From NCBI GenBank assembly GCA_964035575.1, contig OZ037833.1:992001-1056000 (forward strand): a stretch of 64,000 nt of DNA, given 5' to 3'. Under the pieces are notes generated by a model. The model was not told the DNA's origin and did no database searches. It was given only the letters and a program-made list of their open reading frames with translations. This document shows positions 37,216-48,184 of the stretch, piece by piece. Numbering within the stretch: the first letter of the stretch is position 1; each line of letters opens with the position of its first letter. Made by a program: the position numbers and the translations under genes. This DNA comes from Rhynchopus sp. YZ270_cl-10 (taxonomy: Eukaryota).

Positions 37216-38001
37216 GTATACTGTGTATACTGTGTATACTGTGTATACTGTGTATACTGTGTATACTGTGTATACTGTGTATACTGTGTATACTGTGTAT
37301 ACTGTGTATACTGTGTATACTGTGTGTACTGTGTGTACTGTGTGTACTGTGTGTACTGTGTGTACTGTGTGTACTGTGTGTACTGTGTGTACTGTGTGTA
37401 CTGTGTGTACTGTGTGTACTGTGTGTACTGTGTGTACTGTGTGTACTGTGTGTACTGTGTGTACTGTGTGTACTGTGTGTACTGTGTGTACTGTGTGTAC
37501 TGTGTGTACTGTGTGTACTGTGTGTACTGTGTGTACTGTGTGTACTGTGTGTACTGTGTGTACTGTGTGTACTGTGTGTACTGTGTATACTGTGTATACT
37601 GTGTATACTGTGTGTACTGTGTGTACTGTGTATACTGTGTATACTGTGTATACTGTGTATACTGTGTATACTGTGTATACTGTGTATACTGTGTATACTG
37701 TGTATACTGTGTATACTGTGTGTACTGTGTGTACTGTGTGTACTGTGTGTACTGTGTGTACTGTGTGTACTGTGTGTACTGTGTGTACTGTGTGTACTGT
37801 GTGTACTGTGTGTACTGTGTGTACTGTGTGTACTGTGTGTACTGTGTGTACTGTGTGTACTGTGTGTACTGTGTGTACTGTGTGTACTGTGTGTACTGTG
37901 TGTACTGTGTGTACTGTGTGTACTGTGTGTACTGTGTGTACTGTGTGTACTGTGTGTACTGTGTGTACTGTGTGTACTGTGTGTACTGTGTATACTGTGT
38001 A
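37216..38001. repeat. (TACTGTGTA/TACTGTGTG)n 9-bp array
   Basis: Two variants arranged in blocks. Confidence 0.98.
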
Positions 38002-38577
38002 GTGCGGAAATTGACCAAAAAATGAGAACTTGCCTGTCGCCACCCCATAATAAATGTTATTCGCATGTCATTCGCATCCTGTTCGCATTGGCCAATGCGA
38101 ACAGGATGCGAATACCCAATGCGAACAGGATGCGAATGATGCGAATGAGCCGTTCGCACGCTATGTATGCCTAGGATAAGAATAAAAAAAATAAATGAAA
38201 GGTTAAGACGTTACGCTTGGGAATGGTGGGGGAGGGGGGTAATTCTGACAGAAAACATCCTATCAGAACGCAAGACCACATCGGGGCAGATCCTATGATG
38301 TGCAGTAAAACGCTAGCACGAAAGGGGGGGTGCGTGGACCACCACAATAACTACCAAAACAGGGCGTGTTGAGAGCTAGCCTGTTTGTCTCTAGCAATGT
38401 GTCCGTTATTTATTTTATTTTATTTTTGTGTGGAGCAACAACCAGAAAGCTTCGACGCACAAAGCAGACATTCTTCAGCACTGAGGCAACTTATCTCGTG
38501 CTCCCACCTTCGCGAAGGCGAACCGCGCGCTGTGTGTGTGCAGAAGAAAAAAAACGGAGTAGTGGGTTCAGTTCGGC

Positions 38578-40735
38578 CTATGTGCAGGCTTGCTTCCAGA
38601 AGTCGCCCAGCTGCTGCATGACTGCATGCCCACCTACGTCATGCTGGCCTTTGTGTGTCGCATGGTGTACCTATGAGAAATAAGGTGTTGTGCAGGAACA
38701 AAACAAAAGTTGAAAGTTGCAAAAAACCCCCCTCACCGGTTTCACCAACGGACGCAAAGACACTTCAGAAAGAAACCCCTAAAATAATTTTTAAAGAAAG
38801 ATGGCCTTGAAATCCACCAAAAAGATGCTTCCCCTCACACATCTTCAAAAACGGAAGCATGCTCAAACAGTACAGCCACGCTACATACCTCCACACCACC
38901 CTTCTCCTTGAAGAGATCCACTGCCCAGCACGACGCCTTGAATGGCAGCTGTGTTTTTGTAATTTTTTTTTGTGTTGTGTTCAGTGTTTCCGCGCTCCTT
39001 CATTGGGTACGATTTTTGATGAAGAATCGTGATTTTGTACATAAAAGGTAAATACGTCCCGAGCCCGGCGCGCTACGCGCGCCGGAATTTAACGCAAGTT
39101 CGGGGCCTCCGGCGGAGAAACTAGAGTTCTGGCCCAAAAAACGCGTCCCAGCGCAGTCCCTGAGATTTCCAAAAAATAAAATAAAAAAGCGCGGTCGAGC
39201 CCGACCCGGAATGAGAGAATTCCTCGGGTATCCGACTGAGGAGTTCAACTTCATTGATATTTGCACCAGACACACGAATTATCAGTAACCTCAGTACGTG
39301 TACAAAAAGAAACGGTGGCCATAGCATCAAGGCTCCTGGCGAAGCCACGGTACGCAACATTTCAAAACATTGCGCATAAAATTGCACATTTTTACAGCCA
39401 AACAATGTCATGGGAAGGTGGGTTGCAAACTTGCGCCGCAGGCGCACGGTACGCTACTTTTTTCTTTCGCCATGCTGCATGCTTCCTTTTCGTTCGGCGT
39501 TTAATCAATTGAGTCGCGTTCTGGCTGTGACGGGGTCACTTTGTTCATGAGGCCAGTTCTGGTCACTCTCAGAGGCTTATGTGGGGGAATTTTTTTTTTT
39601 TTCGGGAATTTTTTTTTATTTTTATTTTTTTCCAATGAAGAATTCTTCACTGGAAAAAGTTTTTTTTTTTGGGATTTTTTTTTTTCGAAGAATTCTTCAT
39701 CGGATTCTTCAGCGCGGAAAGTCTGGTTGTGTTTTTGTACCGACAAACTCGCCCACTCCAATTTCCCTCAGGATAGTTAGAACCTAAAAAGGAGTTACGC
39801 CAGGTAAAGCGAATGATTGGAGGAATTGGGGAAAATCGCCTTTCCTCGACCTATTTCTCAAACTTTAAATGGGCGTGAGCTTGGGGTATTAGTTTTTTTT
39901 TTGTACATTTGTTACACATCGCCACGTCGCTTTTGAAAGAAAAAAAAATTCAAAAATCTGGGGGAAATTACGTCTATACACTGCCTTAAAATCAACTCTA
40001 AAGGATTCATACCACAGGATCCTGCTCGCCATGCGAAACGAATATCTTATGCTTGCCGTGGTGCTTTGCAATCATCTCCGCCCATCTGTCGACAACAATG
40101 ACTGCACCAGAAATCATCGCAACAGACCCTGGCGGCGACGGGAGCGAGAGCGCCACATCCACAGAGGTTATCCCACCCTGCGAAAACCCCGAAAGATGCA
40201 CTCTTTCTAAGGGAATATTCGCGGCCTTGCAGACCTCCTGTACCATGGCGACACCACGGTCACGGCATTGTGTCAACCCTTCTGGTTCTTTCCTAATGAG
40301 TTTGCTGATGCCTTCGTCAGAGTTCATTGACATCATCCACTCCATGACGTTGATCTTCCACCACGCGGTTGCGCCTAAGGAGGGGTCCACCTCCGCCTGG
40401 GGGAACACCCATAGGACGTTGGGGAGATGTCCTGCGTAGTGTTGGGCGAAAGGGATGAAGTCGTCGTTGGTGGCGCCAAAACCGTGCATCATGATGATGG
40501 CATCCTTCACGGCTCCAGAAGGGGCTATCACCTCACAGTCCCATCCTCCGAACTTCTGCTTACTACGTCCACAAGGGATAGGACCAGGTGCTGGTTCCGC
40601 TAGAGTGGCCCCCAAAGAAGCAGCCTCCTTCGCAAGGGCAACCAACTCATGTTTTTCCGTCACACCCACAGCACTCAGCCCTGCCTTGCTGATGAGAAGT
40701 TTCAGCTCCTTTATGCTTAACCCGGTGACGTCCAT
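38578..40735 (-). CDS. Phospholipase/carboxylesterase (acyl-protein thioesterase-like alpha/beta hydrolase) with an N-terminal SAP-like helical module; join(40013-40735, 38889-38948, 38578-38670)
   Basis: MHGFGA, GFSQGG (Ser), HGEQDPV|LPF (Asp), GQHDV (His); two phase-0 GT-AG introns complete the triad; 291 aa. Confidence 0.9.
38982..39725. mobile_element. hAT-type element in intron 1 of the esterase gene
   Basis: TIR CAGTGTTTCCGCGCT / AGCGCGGAAAGTCTG (13/15); TSD GTTGTGTT (38974-38981, 39726-39733); shared core inverted at ~39245-39538. Confidence 0.87.
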
Positions 40736-40994
40736 TTTTTTTTTATTTTTGTGTAGCTTTTCTTGAGAGAAGAGGTGAGGGAGAAGTGAGGGGGGGAGGA
40801 GGAAAAAGAGAGTGGCTTTCTGTTCTTTTCTTTCGAAGGGTTTTTTTAAAATTTGTTTTCGCTCGAGATATGACAAGAGAGAGGGGGGAAAAACCCCCCC
40901 GCAACGGACTATTCACACATTCAGCAGAAAATGTGTGGAACAAAGACATATGGCATCACCCTCCCCGGTCCCCCGTTCCCCATGCTGTGTGTGA

Positions 40995-41905
40995 CTAGCG
41001 TATCCTGGAGGAAGAGCCACCCATCATGTTGGTGTGGTGTTCGCTCCATTCGTCGGTGTACCACTGTGTGCCGGCAGTTGCCTTGGTCTTTGCTATCGAG
41101 TTGGGGTGTGCGCGTAGGAGGTATCCGAGGTTCGCTTGTTGCGCCTGTGGATGTGGATGTGGATGTGGATGTGGATGTGGATGTGGATGTGGATGTGGAT
41201 GTGGATGTGGATGTGGATGTGGATGTGGATGTGGATGTGGATGTGGATGTGGATGTGGATGTGGATGTGGATGTGGATGTGGATGTGGATGTGGATGTGG
41301 ATGTGGATACAATAGAAAAGCCAAATTTAAAATCTTTAAAAAAAAAACTTCTAAGATTCTTCTTTCGTACACACACATCTTGATAAACAGGCTAAAGGGT
41401 TGATGTCTCTTTCATTGATAGGAAAATTTTAATAAAAGGTTTGCAAGGACCGAAGCCTTGGCCGTCTCTCAATCATCTACATATGCAGCTACCCTTGCAG
41501 GGCATTTGCCTTGGTGTAGTACTAATAAACCACGTGCACGCATAGGTGTATATACCTCCGCTATCTGGCGCTGCTCGATCGCTGTGGGGCCTGTCTTGTC
41601 GCGAAGGAGCACGCCTGTCTTCTTCCAGTGCTCCCAAAGCACGACTGGGTCACGTGTCGTCTTGGGGTCCTTCATCATCGCCTGGAAGTTCTTGTCGATC
41701 GCTTGCGCGTCCTTGATGAGTTGCTGTGTGGGGTGGTGTAGTAGGTGGTGTAAGCAAAACACCGTCGAGGTTGCAGAAATCAGCTGCTTAAAAGGGGCAA
41801 ATGCCTCCTCTAATGTAGACGCGAGGGAATGATGTGCAATCCTTAGCAGTGTAGTGTATCGGTTACCTTGTAAGATGGACAACCATGGCCGTACATCAGC
41901 GTTGT
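40995..41905 (-). pseudogene. Possible decayed retroelement coding remnant interrupted by a microsatellite
   Basis: Coding-like ORF pieces without a clear start; TQWYTDE resembles the RNase H WYTDGS motif. Confidence 0.25.
41146..41308. repeat. (GATGTG)n microsatellite
   Basis: Perfect hexanucleotide run. Confidence 0.98.
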
Positions 41906-42204
41906 GTGTGAAAAATAGTAACTCTGATAGATAAAGTAAAAGGGGAAAAAAAGGTTTTTTCGTTAATCGCTCAATTAGGAGGGGTGATTTTGGCGTATCT
42001 GAGGAACTATTTCCTCCTTGAAAAGCTGCGTTTTGTAGGTAGAAAAAAAAAATAACACAAACAAAAAAAAGAAAAAAGGTTGGTGTGGCTGAAAGGGGGG
42101 GTGATTCGCACTTCTTGCGCACTTTTTTTGCACCCCATTCATCCGCACCAAAGGTGTGTATTGAAATTGTGGGGTAACTCCTTCGCAGATTACTGCCAAT
42201 TTAG

Positions 42205-43740
42205 CTATACCTTTTTGTCGACGGTTGCGTCGGTGTTTATTTCATAGTCACCATGCCCTGTGCTCTGATGGCTGTGGAGGGGGATGGATGTTGAGTGTGC
42301 AGAGAAATTCTAAAAATTCCAAAAAAAAAAAAAAAAGAAAAAAAATGAAAGATTTGAACCCAAACACTGCCTCTGTGCTTAAGTTCTAAATATTTGATGC
42401 GACCTGTTCAGTACATTTCTGCCTACACCTCTTTTTCAGAAACTGGCACAAAAGTTGAGAGGACGCAAACGCTTTTCCTCTATTTGAGACTACATTTAAG
42501 GCAAAGTTGAAAGATTGTTTCATAATATTATACAACTATTCTACTGAATAGAAGGTATAATAGGGTGCACTAAATGTACCCAAACTATTTTTTTTTCCTT
42601 TATATGGATTGTTTGTTTCTGATAGTGACGTGACTCTTCAAAGCAAAGTTGACAGATGAATATGCCTCACTTGCAGACACATCTCAACATAACAATGACA
42701 CGAGCACCTCAAACCTAGCAGAACCAACAAAAGATGAGATTCATATACTTTCAGTTCACAGAACTGAAAGCATTTGAGAGGGTCAACACATGCACCCTTT
42801 CTCCAAAAGAAGAAGAGAAAAAAATCACAGACCTCAGCAACCACGGCGTTCTATCCAATGGATTATGCTTCGCCACTTCATTCCTCTTCTCTTCATAGAC
42901 AACCCTTTGCTCCTCAAACCATGCGAGCTGCTCGTCGTCCGACATCCCTAGCTTCGGGGGCGCCCTGCAGTGCACGCCCATTACGCAGATACCTTGAAGC
43001 TTTGCCGCCTTCGTCAAATCCAGGATACGTGCTTCTATAGGGTAAAGGTCTGGGAACTGCCCCCACGACTGCTGTATCGCTGCCACGTGGTACAGCTGCT
43101 GCAACGTCAGGTAGCCCTCCCAACGGCCTTCATTTCCGACTCCGGATCCTGCACCAAACTTCCCTTTTCTTTGCAGCCTCGCCGCGCCACTCAAAAGCCA
43201 CCCAGTAGTAGGAGGCATAATACGGTACTGATACGTTTTGTCCTCATAAAATCGCATATAAACCTTCAACGTCAGGGTCGGGTCTGCACGGAAGACACCC
43301 CGGGTCCGTTCGTTGAATTCTTTCACAAAATCCATTCCTTTTACTCCTTGAGACGCGAATGTCGTTCCAACAGGGGGTCCCGCAGTGGCAGCGCCAGGGG
43401 CAAGACGGAGACGGAAATTTCCGACAGCCTTCTTGCGGGTAGGTTCGTAGGGCTTAAAGAGGTCGTTGCACTTTGCAAGGATTTCTGCCCCAACCTCGCC
43501 TTCGCCGTACAGCCACGTAGGTGTCTTACAGTTCCCCGAGTAGGTCCCCGCCACCGACGGCTGTGTCTCCACGACAGGCCCGTCGTACCATGACTTCTCC
43601 AAATTCGCGTTTGGGTACATCTTCTCGTAGTACTGCGCATGGTATGGGGTGTACGGGTTGCGGTCTTGCACCCAGCCCTCTGGAGGTTGGTGCTCCGTCG
43701 CACGCTTTGCGTGCCTCACAGCGCAACGGCGGAGCGCCAT
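42205..43740 (-). CDS. MRPL11: Mitochondrial ribosomal protein uL11m; probable join(42833-43740, 42205-42271)
   Basis: Presequence-like MALRRCAVRHAKR; uL11 motifs RLRLAPGAATAGPPVGTTFASQGVKGMDFVKEFNERT and YRIMPPTTGWLL; the terminal exon is inferred from an in-frame GT-AG. Confidence 0.88.
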
Positions 43741-44073
43741 TTTGCTTTTTTTTCTCCTTTTCTGATATTAGTATTAAGAGGGAGGGAGAAGGGAGGGAGG
43801 GATGGGGTTAGTATAGTAGCAGTAAAAGAATGAGGTGGAGAGAGAGAGAGAAAGAGAGGGGGTTTGCGTGTGGCCATAAGACGCTTTCACAAAAAAGGGC
43901 TAGAATTTGGTGCAAAAAAAAAAAAAAAAAAAAATAGAAAAAAAAATGTAAAAAAAGGTGACGCCGGGATGCAGAGTCAACTCTGTGGGGTTATCGAATT
44001 ATGGAGTTGCCAGAAAGAGAAATACATGAAGTGTCTCTCGTACACACATCTAAAAAGAAGGGGGGTGGTGGGG

Positions 44074-45576
44074 TCACGGCAGTGATGGGAAGAGCTGCAC
44101 CCCTGCTATTTTGAGGTCTTCGTGGAGACGTTGCGCAAATATCCCTGCATAGCCAGACGACTCCCTTGCCAGACCGTATACATACTTGGCTCGTTTCGTG
44201 TCACCTACCTTAGCTGCGATGACACAGAAGGCACCTAGGAGAGAGGCATTCGAGAGAAGGTGTCTGCCTCTCCCACCACCACGGCCCTCTTCACGCACAC
44301 AGTCATGCCAGACCTCTTCGGCCAAAAGATCGTATGGATCGCCCTCCGTCGACACAGCATCGCGACAATGCTTCGCGACAACCGTTACAACGGGAAGGTC
44401 AATCCCCGCCACCTTGCTTTCACGGTACACCCGCACCACGTTGTCGTGGTCCTTTTCCTTGCGTAGGCAGGAGAGCAGAACGGTGTACATCGCCAAGGGA
44501 AGTGCTCCTTGGGAGGAGAAGTGCGACAAGCATTGTTGCACCTCGCTGGACCCTGCGTGAGAGAGTGTTGAGGTGAGCGCCATCATATTTGCGGTGATAC
44601 GGTAGCTTTGCGGTATTTTGTTATAAATTTCGAGGCCTTCTGCGAACGACGCCGCACCGTACAGCAAGCACCCCTGGGTATGATGTGTTCTCGGAACCTT
44701 CCGCTGTTTCATAACCTTCAGTGTTGCTTGCACCTGGTGTTCCGCAGTGGCGCGCAAAGCAGGATTTGGTGCGGTCACCTTCTCTGTCGAGGCCTGCCGG
44801 AGTAACGTTGTGTACAACGCTTCATTTCGTGCTTCCTGCACTTTAGTCGGAAACTTTCCAAAGTAAACGTACAGCTCATTTGACGTAACCGTCTCCCCCC
44901 GTTGTCTTGCCATTCCGTTTAGGAGCGAAGCGCATACATAACTGCACGACATCAACTCCCCATGACACCTTCCCGCAACCGCCACCACCTCCTTCATCGT
45001 TCGAAACAGCCCATGCCTCCCCAACACCTTTAAGCAATACAGCAAACACCCTCTCGGAAAATCTCCGTTCTGTACAGCTTGGGTGGCTTCGTGGAGGACC
45101 GCCTCTGCCAGTTGGTGTGCCTCATTGCTGCTTAAGACTCCACGAAGATAGCGGTCAAATTGCACCCTAAGATGTGTCTTTGGCCCCGCACGTTGGATTG
45201 GAGGCCGTGAGGGAAAGACAACTCTAGCCTTGGTGGTGCTGATATCGATGTACTTTTTGGGTACTCTATGCTCTCTTCGGAACGTTGTGTTGTCTGTGGT
45301 GTTAATGGAGGTGGGTATTTCTGTTTCCTTAATTCCTTTCGTGACTTCACCGTTGGGTTCCCATACTCCGGTGTTTGGAGAAGGGAGGATTGTATCTAAG
45401 CGTGAAGGCGACACCGCCTGAAGCACCACAGCAGCCGCTCCATGTGTCGGAGGTAAGATGGGGGTTGTGATGTCGTGAAGTCTCGTCTCCGTCGGCTGTG
45501 TGCCTGCGTTGGGACTCCGCCAATAATAGGCAGCGTTGCGCGCTAGGCTGGCAGTGACCGGAGGGGGCTTCGGCAT
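44074..45576 (-). CDS. ~500-aa helical-repeat, PPR-like protein
   Basis: Long ORF; degenerate PPR-like segments EALYTTLLRQ, PRTHHTQGCLL, LAMYTVLLSCLRKEKDHDNVVRVYRE; start uncertain. Confidence 0.65.
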   Translation of the reverse strand: MPKPPPVTASLARNAAYYWRSPNAGTQPTETRLHDITTPILPPTHGAAAVVLQAVSPSRLDTILPSPNTGVWEPNGEVTKGIKETEIPTSINTTDNTTFRREHRVPKKYIDISTTKARVVFPSRPPIQRAGPKTHLRVQFDRYLRGVLSSNEAHQLAEAVLHEATQAVQNGDFPRGCLLYCLKVLGRHGLFRTMKEVVAVAGRCHGELMSCSYVCASLLNGMARQRGETVTSNELYVYFGKFPTKVQEARNEALYTTLLRQASTEKVTAPNPALRATAEHQVQATLKVMKQRKVPRTHHTQGCLLYGAASFAEGLEIYNKIPQSYRITANMMALTSTLSHAGSSEVQQCLSHFSSQGALPLAMYTVLLSCLRKEKDHDNVVRVYRESKVAGIDLPVVTVVAKHCRDAVSTEGDPYDLLAEEVWHDCVREEGRGGGRGRHLLSNASLLGAFCVIAAKVGDTKRAKYVYGLARESSGYAGIFAQRLHEDLKIAGVQLFPSLP

Positions 45577-45877
45577 CGAACCAATGCGAACAGCACAGTG
45601 GAGGGGGGGGAGAGAAATGCCCTGGTGACTAAAGAAGAGGTGTATTGCTGAAAGATGAGGACAGCATTTGGTATGTGGTGTGGGGTGGTGTCCTGAAGTG
45701 AAGGGGTTATTTGGTAAAAAATGTGAAACGGCGTCTCCAACAATAATACCCAAAAAAAGCTGTTTTCTTTGTTGTTCTCTGTATTTTTGTGTCATTTCCC
45801 CCCCAACCCCCAACCATTGGCAAACCAAAACCCACTCCCCAAGCCACCACCCTTTTCTTGAACCCCAATCCCTGCCC

Positions 45878-48184
45878 CTAACTCGCATAGTCGGAGGTGG
45901 ACACTGAGTACCTCCCTCCCTTGAAGGTTTTGGGAACCTCCACAGGACAGCCGTTGAGGAAGCCGTGCGGGTCTATCCTGGCACCGCTCAACACCGTCAC
46001 GTCCACGTCTGCCAATGCATAGCACCCGGCAAGGAAGCAGCTGCCAACCTTTCGGACACAGCGCAACGCAGTCAGGTCTAGTGTTTCCAACGCAAAACAC
46101 TCGGCCAGGAAGTCGCTCCCAATTTTCCTGACGCTACAGAAACCCGACAAATCGACTCTCGTCAATGACGTGCATTCGTACAAGAAGTGCTCGCCGATGT
46201 ACGTGAGACTCCGCATTGCTGACAGGTCTATTGCTGTCAAAGATGTGCATCGTCGAAGAAAGTAGCCAGAATAATTGTGTCCAATCAGCTTCACATTGCG
46301 CAGTCCTGTCAAATCGATAGCTTCCAACGACGAGCATTCATACAGGAAGTTGCACCCGATTTTTGTAACACTGCAAAACCCTGTCAGGTCAACGGTTCGC
46401 AATGATGTACACCCCATGCAAAAATCGCTCTCAATCTCTGTGACGTTGCACAGTGCTGAGCAGTCGACGGCTACCAACGACTGACAGTACGCAGCGAAGC
46501 TGCTGGGTATCACCCTGATGCTGCGCAGGATCGAACAGTCCATGGTGGTGTGCAATGATTCGCAGCAAGAAACGAACTGTCTACCGATCTGTTCGATGTT
46601 CCACACTTCTGGCCACTCGATTGTTGCCAATGAGGTACATAAATGAAAAAACGAGGACCCAATATGCGTCACGCTGCTCAACCCCGACAGGTTAATTGTT
46701 TCCAGTGATTTGCACTCGGCAAAGAAGTTGTTTCTAATGTGCGTGACACTGGACAACCCTGACAAGTCAACAGATGTTAACAACTCGCAGCAGCTGAAGA
46801 AGTGGTGTCGCACCTGCACGAGTCTGTGCAACCCTGTCAGGTCAACGGATGTAAGTGAGCACAAGTAGCTACCGAAATATGCGTCAATCTCTGTCACGCT
46901 GCTCAACCTTGAAAAGTCAATAGACGTTAACGAATCGTCGTACGCACAAAAACTCTGATCGATCTGCATCAAATGGCCCCACTCCGGCAAGTCCAGGGTT
47001 GCTAGCGACGGGCAGTCGGAGAAGCAGCGATATCCAATCTGCTGCACACTGCGCATCCCTGCCAGGTTGATGGCCGTCAAAGACGCACACCTCGAGATGA
47101 AGTAATCCCCAACATGCGTGACACTGCACAGCCCTGAGAGGTCTGCTGTGGTTAATGAATCGCAACTTTGCAGAAACCCGTACTCAACATGCGTGACACT
47201 GCACAACCCTGAAAAGTCTACTGTCGTTAATGAATCGCAGTTTTCCAAGAAGTGTCGCCCAACATGCGTGACACTGCGCAACCCTGAAAGGTCTATTGCT
47301 TCCAACGCGGTACATCCACTCAGGCACTCATCTCCGATATGCGTTACCCTTGACAACATTGAGAGGTCAATGGATGGCAACGACTCGCATTGTCCCATGA
47401 AGCAACGCCCCACGTGTGTGAGCATAGTCCATCCCGACAGGTCGATTCGCTTCAACGCTCTGCAGCCAGTCATGAAGTTGTCCCTGGTGTGTGTCACACT
47501 GCACTTCTGTGGGAAGTGCACCTCCTCCAGTGTATAGCAGCTGTAAAGAAAGCTACCCGCGATATGCGTCACATTGCGCAGCGCTGAGAGGTCAATCGCT
47601 TGTAGCAAGACCTGTCTCAAGAAGCAGTCATCGATGTGCGTAACGCCACTCAATCCTGACAAATCTAGTCTTGTCAGTGAATCGATGCAATCCAGGAAAT
47701 ACTTCCCAACATGCGTTACGTTGCGCAACCCTGACAAGTCAATAGATGTTAACTTCGAGGTACTAGCAAAGTGGTTGCCAATGACGGTAACAGAAGGCAT
47801 AGCAGCGCTGAAGTCAAGGCTACTACAGTCTAGGCGAAGCAAGAAGTTATCTGGGATAGCAGTTGCAACCTCCGCCTGCAGAAGCAACGCAGCCGTATCA
47901 GGGTTTTTGACAGTCAGCAGCCTCTCCTCCGAAATGTCCGTCTCACCCAACGCACGAAGCGCTGTGATGGCCTCGAACTTCATCCACTTTGTCAACACAA
48001 CTGTATCCCCAGCACTCAGCTGCGTGACGTCCTCCCCTTCCTCCTTCCCTCCGAAGCCCATATGAAAGCTGTCTTCGGCCAACCCCGTCGTAGACGCCAC
48101 CTTCCGACGTAGGCTCTCTGTCGTTTCATCCACATCCACCTCGATCACATGCTCCGTTTCGAAACCTTGTATCGTCACATCCAT
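45878..48184 (-). CDS. Ubiquitin-like domain + BspA/LRR_5-like leucine-rich repeat protein (768 aa)
   Basis: N-terminal MDVTIQGFETEHVIEVDVDETTESLRRKVA (Ubl-like); about 25 repeats of LTxIDLSGLxSVTHIGxxFLxxCxS. Confidence 0.88.
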   Translation of the reverse strand: MDVTIQGFETEHVIEVDVDETTESLRRKVASTTGLAEDSFHMGFGGKEEGEDVTQLSAGDTVVLTKWMKFEAITALRALGETDISEERLLTVKNPDTAALLLQAEVATAIPDNFLLRLDCSSLDFSAAMPSVTVIGNHFASTSKLTSIDLSGLRNVTHVGKYFLDCIDSLTRLDLSGLSGVTHIDDCFLRQVLLQAIDLSALRNVTHIAGSFLYSCYTLEEVHFPQKCSVTHTRDNFMTGCRALKRIDLSGWTMLTHVGRCFMGQCESLPSIDLSMLSRVTHIGDECLSGCTALEAIDLSGLRSVTHVGRHFLENCDSLTTVDFSGLCSVTHVEYGFLQSCDSLTTADLSGLCSVTHVGDYFISRCASLTAINLAGMRSVQQIGYRCFSDCPSLATLDLPEWGHLMQIDQSFCAYDDSLTSIDFSRLSSVTEIDAYFGSYLCSLTSVDLTGLHRLVQVRHHFFSCCELLTSVDLSGLSSVTHIRNNFFAECKSLETINLSGLSSVTHIGSSFFHLCTSLATIEWPEVWNIEQIGRQFVSCCESLHTTMDCSILRSIRVIPSSFAAYCQSLVAVDCSALCNVTEIESDFCMGCTSLRTVDLTGFCSVTKIGCNFLYECSSLEAIDLTGLRNVKLIGHNYSGYFLRRCTSLTAIDLSAMRSLTYIGEHFLYECTSLTRVDLSGFCSVRKIGSDFLAECFALETLDLTALRCVRKVGSCFLAGCYALADVDVTVLSGARIDPHGFLNGCPVEVPKTFKGGRYSVSTSDYAS

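Larger units (their letters stand above)
36148..38171. mobile_element. TA-inserted TIR element containing simple-sequence arrays
   Basis: 19-bp perfect TIR GGCATACATAGCGTGCGAA; TA at 36146-47 and 38172-73; TTCGCA/TGCGAA subterminal repeats. Confidence 0.9.

Noticed and set aside
36375..38159. YCTVL/TQY repeat ORFs
   Set aside because: Translations of simple-sequence arrays.
40921..41403. ST/DV/HP/CG dipeptide ORFs
   Set aside because: (GATGTG)n microsatellite.
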